Assembly (NCBI GenBank): GCA_951406725.2
Contig: OX597840.1
Span: 24,118,001 to 24,182,000 of the forward strand
Source: Octopus vulgaris
Taxonomy: Eukaryota
Direction of reading: 5' to 3'
DNA length: 64,000 nucleotides
Part shown: in pieces, positions 24,847-36,998 of the stretch
Layout: each line of letters opens with the position of its first letter
Numbering within the stretch: position 1 is the stretch's first letter
The notes under the pieces: generated by a model
What the model saw: only the letters and a program-made list of their open reading frames with translations
The model's database searches: none
Told to the model about the DNA's origin: nothing
Position numbers and translations under genes: made by a program

Positions 24847-25904
24847 CAACATTTGTAATTAAGTTGATTAAGGCGGTGATCAAGCAGAATCGTTAGCACG
24901 CCCGACAAAATGCGGCATTTTGTCCGTCTTTACGTTCTGAGTTCAAATTCCACCGAGGTCGATGAAACGAATACTGGTCCAGCACTGGGGTTGATGTAAT
25001 CGACTAGGCCCCTCGCCTGCTGAACTATTTCACGAATAAACATGTAGATATTCAGATCTATTTATATACACCCTGTGTTGGTTGGTTGATGTTCCAACCA
25101 TGATTTACGTTATGTATAATCTTATTTTCATATATAACATACTAGCAGCTAAGCAAGGTCTCACCCAGTCTGTTTGGATGATGTGGCTGTGATCGTTTTC
25201 GGTTAGGCATAATCTATAACAGCGTTTCTCAACCTTACCATTTCGGGTCCCCTGTTTCGATTGGAGCCTCCAGCTGTATGAAAATTTCCTGACCCTCACC
25301 CCACACCAACTTGTCAGAAAACAGCTTCAGGTGTTGTGAAGAACGAATTTGTACCAAAAAAAGATTTACCTGGAATGCATGTCGAACTGTGACGTACGTG
25401 ACATTGCACAAAAATAACTTTTTTACTTTTAACACCTGAAAATTCTTACAGCTAATTCCTCTGAATTTCACAGGAGCAGCATAAAAAAGAGTCAAGGTGT
25501 TCCAAAAATGCTAATGACTTTGCTGGAGAGAAATGCCTGTGGTCCAAATTCTCATGAAGGCTTTTGATAGGGGTCACAGTTTGTAATCTGGTGGTTACTA
25601 AGGAGACTAGGAGCAGATGAATGGCTTTTGAAGGTCATGTAAAACATGTACAGAGGTGCAGTCAGCAATTTGAGAATTAGCAATGAACACAGGGATGAAT
25701 GTAGCTTGCAGATAGTGATTCATTAAGGTTCAGACCTCAAACACCTCTCTCTGATACAGTCCTCAGGGGCAGACACAAGAAAAGGGGAGAGGTGCTGAGG
25801 AGCACGTGCCCCACCTCAAGAAAAGAAGTGCACCCTTCTAAATAATATTATTATACTTTTTTCTCCTGGAAGTGTATTCCCTTATGACCTATATAAATAT
25901 ATAT

Positions 25905-26190
25905 ATACAAATATATGGGAAACTACCACCTGTGTCATCTCTTGTGAAAGGTAGAAGAGTCCAGTTTGCTGGACATTGTTGTAGAGCTGAAAAAGAGGTA
26001 ATTTCTACTCTTCTCCTCTGGAAGCCATCTACTCGCAATACCAGAGGGCGCACACTCTCCTACCCTGATGCAATCTCCAGGGATACAGGCATCCAGCAAC
26101 AGGACCTCCGTAATGCCATGATGGACCGTGAAGTCTGGCGTAGCATGGTAAATTCCATTGTCTCGACTACGGTCGGACAATGATGATGAT
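25905..26190 (+). mobile_element. RTE-clade LINE 3' fragment
   Basis: [28 protein letters not shown] with a (TGA)n tail; shorter copy at about 26625-26785. Confidence 0.85.
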
Positions 26191-27248
26191 CTGACCTTGT
26201 TCCCTTTCTTTGAAAAATTCCTGGAACTGCACCCAGTCCTTCAGGATATAACAGTGGAGTTTAAGACCAACTGTCTATGATAACACCTGAATGCTGATAA
26301 CCTGGTTCTTATAATTAAATTCGTATTCTAATTAGAGAGAAAAAAAATCAGACATGGAAGTAAAACTCAGAAACAAAAACTCTCAAAGTAAGCTTAAGCA
26401 GAAACCATAATTTCAGTGAGGAGGAAAGAAGACAGGAGGAGACTTGATAGCATTTAGGAAAGGGCTGTGTTCAGTAAGCAGAAAAGGAACATGGAGAAAT
26501 TGCCTATGGTATACTCAGTGTAGTGAGGCATGTGGATTATTGGTTAGGGGTGATAGACTCAGGCTCATAAGATTGTGGTTTCAATTCCTGGACCGGGCAA
26601 TGCATTGTATTCTTGAGCAAACCACTTCTGCTCGCGATACCAGAGGGCACACACTCTCCTACCCTGATGTAATCTCCAGGGATACAGGCATCCAGCAACA
26701 GGACCTCCGTAATGCTATGATGGACCGTGAAGTCTGGCGTAACATAGTAAATTCCATTGTCTCAACCACGGTCGAACAATGATGAATATGAAGGGCATCC
26801 AGCTGTAGTCCCACTCAGCTGGCAAAAATGAATAATCCTGCAATGGTCTGGCATCCTGTCCAGGGAGGAATATACGTGCCACAGAAACTTGCCCTGCAAG
26901 TCTATATGACTCATGGAAGACTATACTCAGTATGAATTACATAAGTACAAAATGTGTAGTGGAAACCGAGTTAAGCTAATGGAGGAGTTAGGCTTTAGAT
27001 ATAAATGCACAGAAGCAGTAAGAGTGTATGGGAAGTAGATCCTTTCAAATACTTAGAAAGCCCCTTAGCAAAGGTGAGCATCGTTAATTGAAAAGTTAAC
27101 TTTGTTAATTTTGAATCTGTTAACCAAAAAGTTAACGATTAATCAGTTAATTATTTCCTAATGTAATGGAAGTTATCAATACACTGTTAACATTAATTTT
27201 TATTCTAGAGAAACAAGAAATCAGTTTTTGCTCTAAAAACACCTTTAA

Positions 27249-27457
27249 CCCTTTAGTATTTAAACCGGCTAAAATAGCTAATCTGTTTTCTGTTCAAACT
27301 GACCAGATCCAGGCCCTCACACCTACCCTACAATGTTATTCTACATTAAGTAATTACACCATCAAGATCTTGAAGATATGAGATAATGCATGATTAATTC
27401 AAATCAATGGGAATCAATAGGCATTATGTTTGATTGAATAATCAGAACACTAAAGGG
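27249..27457. mobile_element. piggyBac-like MITE (second family)
   Basis: TTAA-CCCTTTAG...CTAAAGGG-TTAA; relatives at about 482, 22404, 34648 and 55813-56031. Confidence 0.78.
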
Positions 27458-28469
27458 TTAAAAAGTGACAAAACTATAAAATCCATTAACTTTAATTGAA
27501 TTGAAGTTAACGGAAATTAAATGTAACAGAAGTTAATTAGTCCAATAATGATTTCCTAAGTTAACTTAAAAGTTAAATCATTAACGAATATGTGAACTTC
27601 ATTAATTTAACGATTAATGGTTTGGTGCCCAGGTTTGCTTCTTTGATATAGTTGAAAGTTTTTATTTACTTGGGGATCTTATGAACAGGATGTTTTGAAA
27701 GTATAATTGCCAGAGTAAGAATGGGGTGGAGAAAGTTTAGGGCACTATTACTTTTTCTCTGTTGGCCCTATAGCAGGATGTGTAGCAGAAGATGTTGTTG
27801 AGGGAGCAGATGAAACAGGAATGTGGACGACATCAAAGTAAAACAATGGAAAAATATTGGATTGTGGTTTAATTTATTTATTTAATTGAAACTTGCATTT
27901 ATGTGTTGTATCATCATCATCATCATCATCGTTTAACGTCTGCTTTCCATGCTAGCATGGGTTGGACGATTTGACTGAGGACTGGCGAACCAGATGGCTG
28001 CACCAGGCTCCAGTCTTGATTTGGCAGTGTTTCTGCAGCAGAATGCCCTTCCTAACGCCAAGAAACTCTGCCAAATCAAGACTGGAGCCTGGTGCAGCCA
28101 TCTGGTTCACCAGTCCTCAGTCAAAATCGTCCAACCCATGCCAGCATGGAAAGCAGACGTTAAACGATGATGAAGATGATGATGTGTATGTGTGTGTGTG
28201 TGTGTGTATAGGGTTAGAGATGCTAATGTTTATGTATAATAATCCTGTGCCAGTAGCACATAAAAGCACCCACTACACTCTCAGAGTGGTTGGCATTAGG
28301 AAGGGCATCCAGCTGTAGAAACTCTGCCAAATCAAGACTGGAGCCTGGTGCAGCCATCTGGTTCACCAGTCCTCAGTCAAATCGTCCAACCCATGCTAGC
28401 ATGGAAAGCAGACGTTAAACGATGTTGATGATGATTCTCTGGTGAGATGTTATATTACAGGTATCATGG

Positions 28470-29000
28470 GAAGATTTCCAACATATTTCACAGTGATTGA
28501 GGTTTTCTTAGTATGTATTTTTTATTTTTTTTTTTTTGTAACCTACAAAGTAGGATTTCAGAATCAAATTTTTCCCACAAATTTCACAGTCAAACTTCTT
28601 TTCTTAAATGTTCTCTTTTGTGAAGTATTAAGTTACAGCTGTCACAAAAAGATTTTCCACAAATTTATTAGTTAAACTTTTTTTTTTCACATGTTCTTTT
28701 GTTAGATGTTAACTTACGGCTGATTTGAAAAGATTTTCCACAAATTTCTTAGTTTAACAATTTTTTTTTTCAAGTGTGTTCTTTTGTGAGGTGTTAAGTT
28801 ACAGCTACCACAAAAAGATTTTCCACAATTTTCAGTTAAACTTTTTTCCTCAAATGTGTTCCTTCATGAGATGTTAAGTTATGGCTGATTTGAAAAGATT
28901 TTCCACAAATTTCTTAGTTTAACCATTTTTTATTTCAAGTGTGTTCTTTTGTGACTTGTTAAGTCAGAGCTACCACAAAAAGATTTTCCACAAATTTCAG
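28470..29000 (-). repeat. Tandem decayed copies of the ZNF5 terminal finger (80-85 bp units)
   Basis: AGATTTTCCACAAATTTC...GTGTTCTTTTGTGA..GTTAAGTTA recurs at about 28650, 28731, 28816, 28897, 28981 and 29061. Confidence 0.85.
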
Positions 29001-30416
29001 CTAAACTTTTTTCCTCAAATGTGTTCTTTTGTGAGGTGTTAAATTACGGCTATCACGGAAAGATTTTCCACAAATTTCACACTGAAAAGGTTTCTCTCCA
29101 GAGTGAATTCTTTTGTGGGTAGTCAGATTACTACTATTAAGAAATGACTTCCCACAAGTCTTACAACGATAAGGCTTTTCCCCAGTATGTATCCTTATGT
29201 GTATCGTCAGGTTACTACTATCAAGAAAAAATTTCCCACAGATTTCACAGTGAAACGGTTTTTCCCCCGTGTGAGTCCTTATGTGTGTTACTAACTTACT
29301 TTTACACACAAATGACTTTCCGCAAGTTTCACAACGGAATGGTCTTTCTCCGGTGTGACTACGTACGTGGATAACAAAATTAAAATTATTAATGAAAGAC
29401 TTTCCGCACACTTCACAACGAAACAGCTTTTCCCCCGTGTGGATTTTTCTGTGAACGACGAGGCTGGACTTCTGAGTAAAACATTTTCCACACGTTTCGC
29501 AACGGAAACGTCTTTCTCCCGTATGCGTAATTTTATGTGTTTTTAAATCACTGTTAGACACAAAGGCCTTCCCACAGGTTTCGCAGTGATAGGGCTTTTC
29601 TCCCGTATGCCTTCTCTTATGAACGACAAGATGATTATTTTGGGTGAAAGATTTCCCACACATTTTACACTGAAACCGTTTCTCCCCGCTGTGTATTAAT
29701 TTATGAGTTGTTAAATTACTCCTATCGAGAAAAGATTTCCCACAAACATCACAAGAAGAAGGTTTTTCTCCCGTATGTACCCTTCGATGCCGTATCAAAT
29801 GATTATTCGAGACGAAAGGCTTCTCACATATTTCACAGTGAAATGGTTCTTCTCCATCGTGTTTTCCTTTATGCGTATTTAAATCACTAATATGATGAAA
29901 AGATATCCCACATATTTCACAGTTTAACGGATTTTCCTCAGAGTGTATCCGTTCATGCCTTGCTAAATTACTCTTGGAGACGAAAGACTTCCCGCATGTT
30001 CTACAGTGGAACGGTTTTTCGCCGGTATGGCTCCGGAGGTGAATGACAAGGTTCAATTTCTTAATGAATGTTTTCCCGCAGATTTCACAGCCGAAAGGCT
30101 TTTCCCCAGTATGAATCCTTTTGTGAACGACAAGGTGAGAATTCTGCTTGAATGATCTGCCACAAATTTCACACTGATATGGTTTTACCTTCTTCTTCTT
30201 CTCGTGAATTTCTTTGTGTATGGAGACTTCGTGTTGCGAAGAAAAGGTTTTCCTACAAACCTCACATCTGTATTCAGTAATATTCCCCTGTATTGACTTC
30301 TGTTCAACGACATTTTCACCACACAAAGGCTTCTCCCCGTTGGATGTCAGCATCACTGATTCCACATCTTTAACAATCGTCTTCCCAGAAGGGTCCAAAT
30401 GGTTAACGCCTTCCAT
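29001..30416 (-). CDS. C2H2 zinc-finger protein (ZNF5, subfamily A), 15 fingers
   Basis: The ORF track starts at GTG 30422; the ATG (MEGVNHLD) at 30416 aligns with the paralogs. Confidence 0.93.
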   Translation of the reverse strand: MEGVNHLDPSGKTIVKDVESVMLTSNGEKPLCGENVVEQKSIQGNITEYRCEVCRKTFSSQHEVSIHKEIHEKKKKVKPYQCEICGRSFKQNSHLVVHKRIHTGEKPFGCEICGKTFIKKLNLVIHLRSHTGEKPFHCRTCGKSFVSKSNLARHERIHSEENPLNCEICGISFHHISDLNTHKGKHDGEEPFHCEICEKPFVSNNHLIRHRRVHTGEKPSSCDVCGKSFLDRSNLTTHKLIHSGEKRFQCKMCGKSFTQNNHLVVHKRRHTGEKPYHCETCGKAFVSNSDLKTHKITHTGERRFRCETCGKCFTQKSSLVVHRKIHTGEKLFRCEVCGKSFINNFNFVIHVRSHTGERPFRCETCGKSFVCKSKLVTHIRTHTGEKPFHCEICGKFFLDSSNLTIHIRIHTGEKPYRCKTCGKSFLNSSNLTTHKRIHSGEKPFQCEICGKSFRDSRNLTPHKRTHLRKKV

Positions 30417-30544
30417 TTTCACTGATCGGAAATCCGTAACAGCCGAGAAATGTCAGTATCTATAATCCATTATGGTTCGATCTTTCTGAGTTAATGCGAT
30501 TTTCCTAACATGAAATAAATTAAATTAATTCCGAAGAAAACAAT

Positions 30545-30628
30545 TTCGCGACGTTGGAAAACTTTCCCGAACCGCAAATAAACCGGTGACGAAAGAAAGC
30601 TGTCCCTGATACAATTTATTACATCCAG
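30545..30628 (-). promoter_or_regulatory. Conserved upstream element of ZNF5 (E5)
   Basis: AAATTGTATCAGGGAC..GTCACCGG (30584-30588)..CGGGAAAG..ACGTCGCG (degenerate proximal box). Confidence 0.68.
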
Positions 30629-30672
30629 CATCACTTTCAGTTTCTTCTTTCCTTTGTGTCGAATCCAGTGGT

Positions 30673-31064
30673 GGAGGCGCAATGGCCCAGTGGTTAGGGC
30701 AGCGGACTCGCGGTCATAGGATCGCGGTTTCGATTCCCAGACCGGGCGTTGTGAGTGTTTATTGAGCGAAAACACCTAAAAGCTCCACGAGGCTCCGGCA
30801 GGGGATGGTGGTGATCCCTGTTGTACTCTTTCACCACAACTTTCTCTCACTCTTACTTCCTGTTTCTGTTGTACCTGTATTTCAAAGGGCCGGCCCTTGT
30901 CACTCTCTGTGTCACGTTGAATATCCCCGAGAACTACGTTAAGGGTCCATGTGTCTGCGGAGTGCTCAGCCACTTACACGTTAATTTCACGAGCAGGCTG
31001 TTCCGTTGATTCGGATCAACCGGAACCCTCGTCGTCGTAACCGACGGAGTGCTTCAAAATAAAA
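30673..31064 (+). mobile_element. tRNA-derived SINE with an 11-bp TSD, inserted at a hAT MITE end
   Basis: A box TGGCCCAGTGG, B box GGTTTCGATTCCC; TSD AATCCAGTGGT. Confidence 0.85.
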
Positions 31065-31068
31065 AATC

Positions 31069-31287
31069 CAGTGGTTTTCAACCAGGGTTCCACGGAACCT
31101 TAGGGTTCCGCCAGTACAGTCCAGGGGTTCCGCATGAAGTTACAAAACTGCTAAAATCGGCAGTAATTTTTAATTCTCCTGTGCAGATATTTGTGCATAA
31201 GACTATTAAATTATTGCACAGGGGTTCCTCGAGCCAGTGGAACGTTTCCTTGGGGTTCCGCTCCAGCAAAAAGTTTGAAAAGCACTG
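31069..31287. mobile_element. hAT-type MITE
   Basis: TIRs CAGTGGTTTTCAA/TTGAAAAGCACTG; 8-bp TSD gtcgaatc (30658-30665) / gtctaatc. Confidence 0.8.
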
Positions 31288-31881
31288 GTCTAATCCATTG
31301 TGAATCTAAAATACAACATTCAGAAAAATATCTCATACGTATCAACGAAGGAGCTCTTCGGTTGTCATTCGACTAGCTAGAAATAACAGTCAAATCACTC
31401 TCAAATTTCACACAAGTGAGCAAAATTAATACATGCGACAGTTTAGTCCTAAAGCTCAAACTATAGTTGTGTTCGATAATGCTGACCTGGTAGAATTTAC
31501 AATTCTGTCTCGGCTTGTATGTCATTTAAACTGAAAAAAAAAAAGAATTACATACATATGCAAATAATACATTTGTATACCAATGACCATGTATCACCTT
31601 TTATACTTATCTGAATACATATGCCATAAATGTATTTTGTTGTATCTTGGGACGGTCACTGCACCAAAAAAACACATGCCCTGCATCTATTTCACTTCTT
31701 TTGTTATAATTAGTCAACTAGTTAACCATTTAATTAGATATCTAATCAATAAGTTGAGTCCTTTTGTCAACATATACAACCTCATCAACGATATGCCCTC
31801 TCTACTCCAGGTCTGTCTGGCAACTAGTTCTATATTTATATTATCAGAATGTGTGAGAGACTGATAATATGTGTGTGTGTG

Positions 31882-32128
31882 TGGAGGCGCATGGCTTAGT
31901 GGTTAGGATGTCAGCATCATGATCGTTAGATTGTGGTTTCGATTCCTGGACCGGGCGACGCGTTGTGTTCTTGAGCAAACACTTCATTCTACGTTGCTCC
32001 AGTCCATTCAGCCGGCAAAAATGAGTAACGTTGCGATGGACTGGCATCCCGTCCTGTTGGGGAACACATACGCCATAGAAACCGGGAAAACGGGGCCCAT
32101 GAACCTGGCTAGGCTTTAAAAAGGCCGC

Positions 32129-32130
<2 letters not shown>
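31882..32130 (+). mobile_element. tRNA-derived SINE (family D)
   Basis: A and B boxes, then GTGTTCTTGAGCAA..ACTTCATT core; related copies at about 12600-12970, 26525-26900 and 50405-50610. Confidence 0.8.
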
Positions 32131-32200
<70 letters not shown>

Positions 32201-32280
32201 TTAAGGGTAGAAATCAATATTTATCAATTAAAACCAGTGGTCTAACATATTAAAAAAATCCGAAGATTAAATATATATAT

Positions 32281-32470
32281 ATACCAATTAAGGATTGAAC
32301 ACGAAAAATGTGGACGTCAACATGCTCAACAAAAGATTATGAGACGTCAAATGGCCATTCTCCACAAAAGATTATGAGAACATAATCTTTTGTGGAGAGA
32401 ATGGCGATTTGACGTCTATATCTAGCATGTTGACTGTCCACTTTTTCGTGTTCAGTCCTTAATTGGTATA
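32281..32470. repeat. ~190-bp fold-back inverted repeat between (TA)n tracts
   Basis: ATACCAATTAAGGA..CACAAAAGATTATG-agaa-CATAATCTTTTGTG..TCCTTAATTGGTAT. Confidence 0.85.
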
Positions 32471-32552
32471 TATATATATATATTATTAATCGGGCATAGT
32501 CAGTTGCCAACACAAAATACAGAACAATGCGAAGAAATTTTCTAGCATTTCA

Positions 32553-32660
32553 GAATGTTTTAAATTATGTTAGACATCTTTCGATTTTGTCACCGGAATT
32601 ATTGAGGTAAGGGGAAAATATATGAACGACACCGCCGTCATCAGTAGCTTTGTAATTACC
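32553..32660 (+). promoter_or_regulatory. Conserved upstream element of ZNF6 (E6)
   Basis: AAATTATGTTAGAC..GTCACCGG (CACCG at 32591)..AGGGGAAAAT..CGACACCGCC (CACCG at 32630)..TGTAATTA. Confidence 0.78.
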
Positions 32661-32772
32661 TCAGGTGAGTTAATTGGATCATGTAAACATTGTCTGATTA
32701 CATCTAAGCCGAGGAACTGGACCGTTATAGATTATAATCGCAGAGCTTTTACGAATTCCTGGTTGATTAATT

Positions 32773-34581
32773 ATGGAAGACGTTAAAGTCTTGGACACTT
32801 CCAACGTAATTGTCTTCGAGGAGCAGAATTTACAGAGTGGAACCTTTGCTGACCAAAAATCCTTTCATGGCAATATTCCTGGACAAAGCTGTGAGATTTG
32901 TAGTAAAATATTCCCGTCGGAACCTGAATTATTATCCCACAAAGAAATCCACAAGACAGAAAAACCATTCCACTGCGAAATATGCGGGAAATCTTTCCCA
33001 TCGAACGTTTTTCTGACAACCCACAGAAGGACACATTCGGGAGAGAAACCGTTTCCTTGTGGAATGTGCGGCAAATCATTCGTAAATAATTCTCATCTTG
33101 CAATTCACAAGCGAATACACACGGGAGAAAAACCATTCCAGTGTGAAATATGCGGCAAATCTTTCACCCAGAATGCCAGCCTTGTTATCCACGTACGGAG
33201 CCATACAGGAGAAAAACCCTTCAAGTGTGATGTCTGCGGGAAGTATTTCGTTTCTAATATTATCTTGTCACGGCATAGAACGATTCATACAGGTGAGAGA
33301 CCATTTCAGTGTGAAATATGCGGGAAATCTTTTATTAATAATTCGAAACTTGTTGTCCATATACGTAGTCATACGGGAGAGAAACCTTGCAGTTGTGATG
33401 TTTGCGGGAAGTGTTTCGTGTCCAATAGTAGTTTGGCGATTCACAAAAGGCTTCACACGGGAGAGAAATTGTTACGCTGTGAAATCTGCGGGAAAACTTT
33501 TATAAATAACTTGAAACTTGTCATTCATGAACGTCGACACACGGGAGAGAAACCGTTTCGCTGTGAAATCTGCGGGAAGGATTTTATCGAGAATTCTAAG
33601 CTTACGATCCATCAACGTAGGCACTCCGGAGAAAAACCGTACGTGTGCGAAGTATGTGGAAAATCTTATGTAAATAACAGTGATTTAAAAACTCATGAGC
33701 GAATTCATAGTGGTGAAAAACCGTTCAGTTGTGAAATTTGCGGCAAGTCCTTTCTCTATAGCAGTAATTTAAAAAGACACGGTAGGATCCATACGGGAGA
33801 AAACCCCTTTCACTGTGACATATGTGGAAAATCGTTCTCTGATAATTCTAATCTCGTAGTTCACAAACGTAGACACACCGGGGAATTACCACATCATTGT
33901 GAAATCTGTGGCAAGTCGTTTGTAAGTAACAGTGATTTAAAGACCCATGAACGAATCCACTCTGGAGAGAAACCCTTCCATTGTGATATCTGTGGGAAAT
34001 CGTTCTATGTGAATTCACAGCTTGTAGTTCATAAAATGATGCATGCTGGGGAAAATCCTTATTCTTGTGATATTTGTGGGAAATCTTTTCTGACTAATAG
34101 CTTGTTAAAAGCCCACAAAAAAATTCACAGTGGGGAGAAACCATATCATTGTGAGATCTGTGGGAAAGCTTTTCTTAAAAACCACGATTTAAAACGCCAC
34201 AATCAAATCCACACAGGGGAGAAACCTTACCATTGTGATATTTGTGACAAGTCGTTCTGTAAAAATTCTTCCCTTGTTGTGCACAAGCAGATACACACGG
34301 GGGAAAAATCGTATCTTTGTGATATGTGTGGGAAATCCTTCTCCCGGAATTTCGATCTTATGAGCCACAAGCGTAGACACACTGGGGAAAAACCTTGCGC
34401 CTGTGGGGTCTGTGGGAAATCTTTTGTTAATAACAGTGACTTAAACATTCACAAACGGAAACACACGGGAGAAAAACTGTTTCACTGTGAAATCTGTGGC
34501 AAATCTTTTATTACCAGCAGTCTTTTAAAGAGACATGGACGCATACACTCTGGTGGGAAGGCTTTAAAATGTGAAACCTGA
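32773..34581 (+). CDS. C2H2 zinc-finger protein (ZNF6, subfamily A), 20 fingers
   Basis: 602-aa ORF of C2H2 repeats. Confidence 0.95.
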   Translation: MEDVKVLDTSNVIVFEEQNLQSGTFADQKSFHGNIPGQSCEICSKIFPSEPELLSHKEIHKTEKPFHCEICGKSFPSNVFLTTHRRTHSGEKPFPCGMCGKSFVNNSHLAIHKRIHTGEKPFQCEICGKSFTQNASLVIHVRSHTGEKPFKCDVCGKYFVSNIILSRHRTIHTGERPFQCEICGKSFINNSKLVVHIRSHTGEKPCSCDVCGKCFVSNSSLAIHKRLHTGEKLLRCEICGKTFINNLKLVIHERRHTGEKPFRCEICGKDFIENSKLTIHQRRHSGEKPYVCEVCGKSYVNNSDLKTHERIHSGEKPFSCEICGKSFLYSSNLKRHGRIHTGENPFHCDICGKSFSDNSNLVVHKRRHTGELPHHCEICGKSFVSNSDLKTHERIHSGEKPFHCDICGKSFYVNSQLVVHKMMHAGENPYSCDICGKSFLTNSLLKAHKKIHSGEKPYHCEICGKAFLKNHDLKRHNQIHTGEKPYHCDICDKSFCKNSSLVVHKQIHTGEKSYLCDMCGKSFSRNFDLMSHKRRHTGEKPCACGVCGKSFVNNSDLNIHKRKHTGEKLFHCEICGKSFITSSLLKRHGRIHSGGKALKCET

Positions 34582-35810
34582 GAGGTTTTTTTCCTTGTAA
34601 GTCTAAATTTATTGTCCAGTACCAAGTAAACATTGGAGACCATTTATTCCTTTAGCATTTGAACCGGCCAAAATAATATTTCTGTTTTGTGTTCAAACTG
34701 GCTAGATCTAGCCTTTCACACCTACCCTACAATGTCATTCTAAAAATAAATAATCCCATCATCAAAATGTGAAAGCTATGAGATAATCCATGATTAATTC
34801 AAAGCAATGTGAATAAACAAGCTTTACATTTTGACAGGGTAATCTGAATTTGAAAGAGTTAATCTTTGTGTAATATTTTGGAAATCACTCTCATTGTATT
34901 CTCATCTTTTAATATAGAAATGTAGTCTCATTTCAGAGAAATCTTAACTCTTTTACTTGTTTCAGTCGTTTGACTGTGGCCATGCTGGAGCACCACCTTC
35001 AGTCGAGCAAATCGACCCCAGGACTTATTCTTTGTAAGCCTAGTACTTATTCTATTGGTTTCTTTTACCGAACTGCTAAGTGACGGAGGCGTAAACACAC
35101 CAGCATTGGTTGTCAAGCGATGTTGGGGGGACAAACACAGACACAAATACACACACCTGGGATGAGGTGATGAAGCACAAACTTTGGACATTGGGCCTCA
35201 TGAAGGTGATGACGAGCAACCAAGACCTTTGGATATGCTGTGCTTGAGAAGACAAGCGAGACCGTAACCGGGGCCTATGCCAGTGCAGCATAACCAGCCC
35301 ATGCCAGTGGCACGTAAAAAGCACAATTCAAGCGTGGGTCATTAGCAGTGTCACCTGACTGGCTCCCATGCTTGTGCAAATAAAAAGCACCCACTACACT
35401 CTCGGAGTGGTTGGCGTTAGGAACGGCATTCAGCTGTAGAAACCTTGCCAGATCAAGATTGGAGCCTAGTACAGCCTTCTGGCTTGCCAGCCCTCCATCA
35501 AACCATCCAACCCATGCCAGCATGGAAAGCAGATGTTCAACAACAACGATGATGATCATGTGATATATATATATATATATGTGACCTCGTGTGTACCGTT
35601 GGCGATTTTTTTTCCCTCTGTCTTTCCTTCTCCTATGTTTCCGACGAAGAGCTCCGCTCGAAACGTTTAACCCTCCTTCTTTCTTTCCTTTCCTAAGCGT
35701 CCAATAATACTATATTTGTTCCATGTCCTCGCGTTGTTGTGATTTCTCTTTGTGTTTTCATGTTTGGATTAACTTTATATATATATATATGTATATATGT
35801 ATATATATAT

Positions 35811-35862
<52 letters not shown>

Positions 35863-35984
35863 ATATATATATGTATATATATATGTGTGTGTATATATAT
35901 ATGTATGTATATATATATGTATGTATATATATGTAACTTAGAATAACTTAGAAAGGTTTTGGCCAGTATTGGCCCAGGCCATGT

Positions 35985-36285
35985 CTAACTTAATAGCACC
36001 ACCTGGCGAAGTCTTTCAATTCAGGATATGGGCACCAAGGCCCATTGGAGCAGAGAGTTATTGTTTGCGGAGACATATCTGGGTGTGGGTGGTTTGTCCG
36101 GCACTGTTTGAAGGAATTTGTCCAAAGACTTCTTGAATTTTGTGTGGTCAGTTTCTTTTTTGACGTGTCCTGGTGTAATGTTGAAGAGAGCGGGTCCAAT
36201 TGAGGTGAAATAGTTGTGCCGTATTGTCGTTATGTGATGCGATTTAGATTTTTGTTGTGGACGGATGGCACGTGGTCCAAGCCTT
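35985..36285 (-). mobile_element. CR1/L2-group LINE 3' fragment
   Basis: [40 protein letters not shown]; part is repeated at 40619-40730. Confidence 0.7.
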
Positions 36286-36610
36286 ATATATGTATGTATA
36301 TATGTGTATATATATATGTATATATATGTATGTATGTATATATATGTATGTATATATGTGTATGTATATATATGTATATATATATATGTATGTATATATA
36401 TATATGTATATATATATATATGTATATATATATATGTATATATATATATATGTATATATATATGTATATATATATATGTATATATATATATATGTATGTA
36501 TATATATATATGTATATATATATATGTATGTATATATATATATGTATAAGTATATATATGTATGTATATATATATGTATGTGTATATATATATATATATG
36601 TATGTATATG
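36285..36610. repeat. (TA/TG)n microsatellite
   Basis: Direct reading; similar tracts at 35776-35935 and 32132-32195. Confidence 0.95.
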
Positions 36611-36998
36611 TTTGTGTGTCTGTATTTGTCCTCCAAACCATCACTTGACAACCAATGTTGGTGTGTTTACATCCCTGAAACTTAGTGGTTTGGCAAAAGA
36701 GACTGATAGAATAAGTACTAGGCTTACAAAGAATAAGTCCTGGGGTTGATTTGTTTGACTAGAGGCAGTGCTCCAGCATGGCTGCAGTCAAATGACTGAA
36801 ACAAATAAAAGAGTAAAAGAATATTTATGTGTGTGTCGGTATGTTTGTGTCCCTTTGTCTTGGCATCACCTGATTGTTATAAATGAATATTCATTTCCAG
36901 TATTATGCAAAAAAAAAATCAGGTTTTGCCTTTGAAAAATATCAGCCTGCTTGAAAACAGGTAAGTGTTGGTGACAGGAAGAGCATCTGGCCAAAGAA

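Noticed and set aside
34579-34581. UGA at the second Cys of CxxC as selenocysteine (also ZNF4, ZNF7, ZNF9)
   Set aside because: ZNF8 has TAA at the same position, the downstream frame does not continue a finger, and I could not identify a SECIS
35723-36749. Y/I/C/V-rich ORFs
   Set aside because: They are translations of (TA/TG)n tracts; the same applies to 7661-8247
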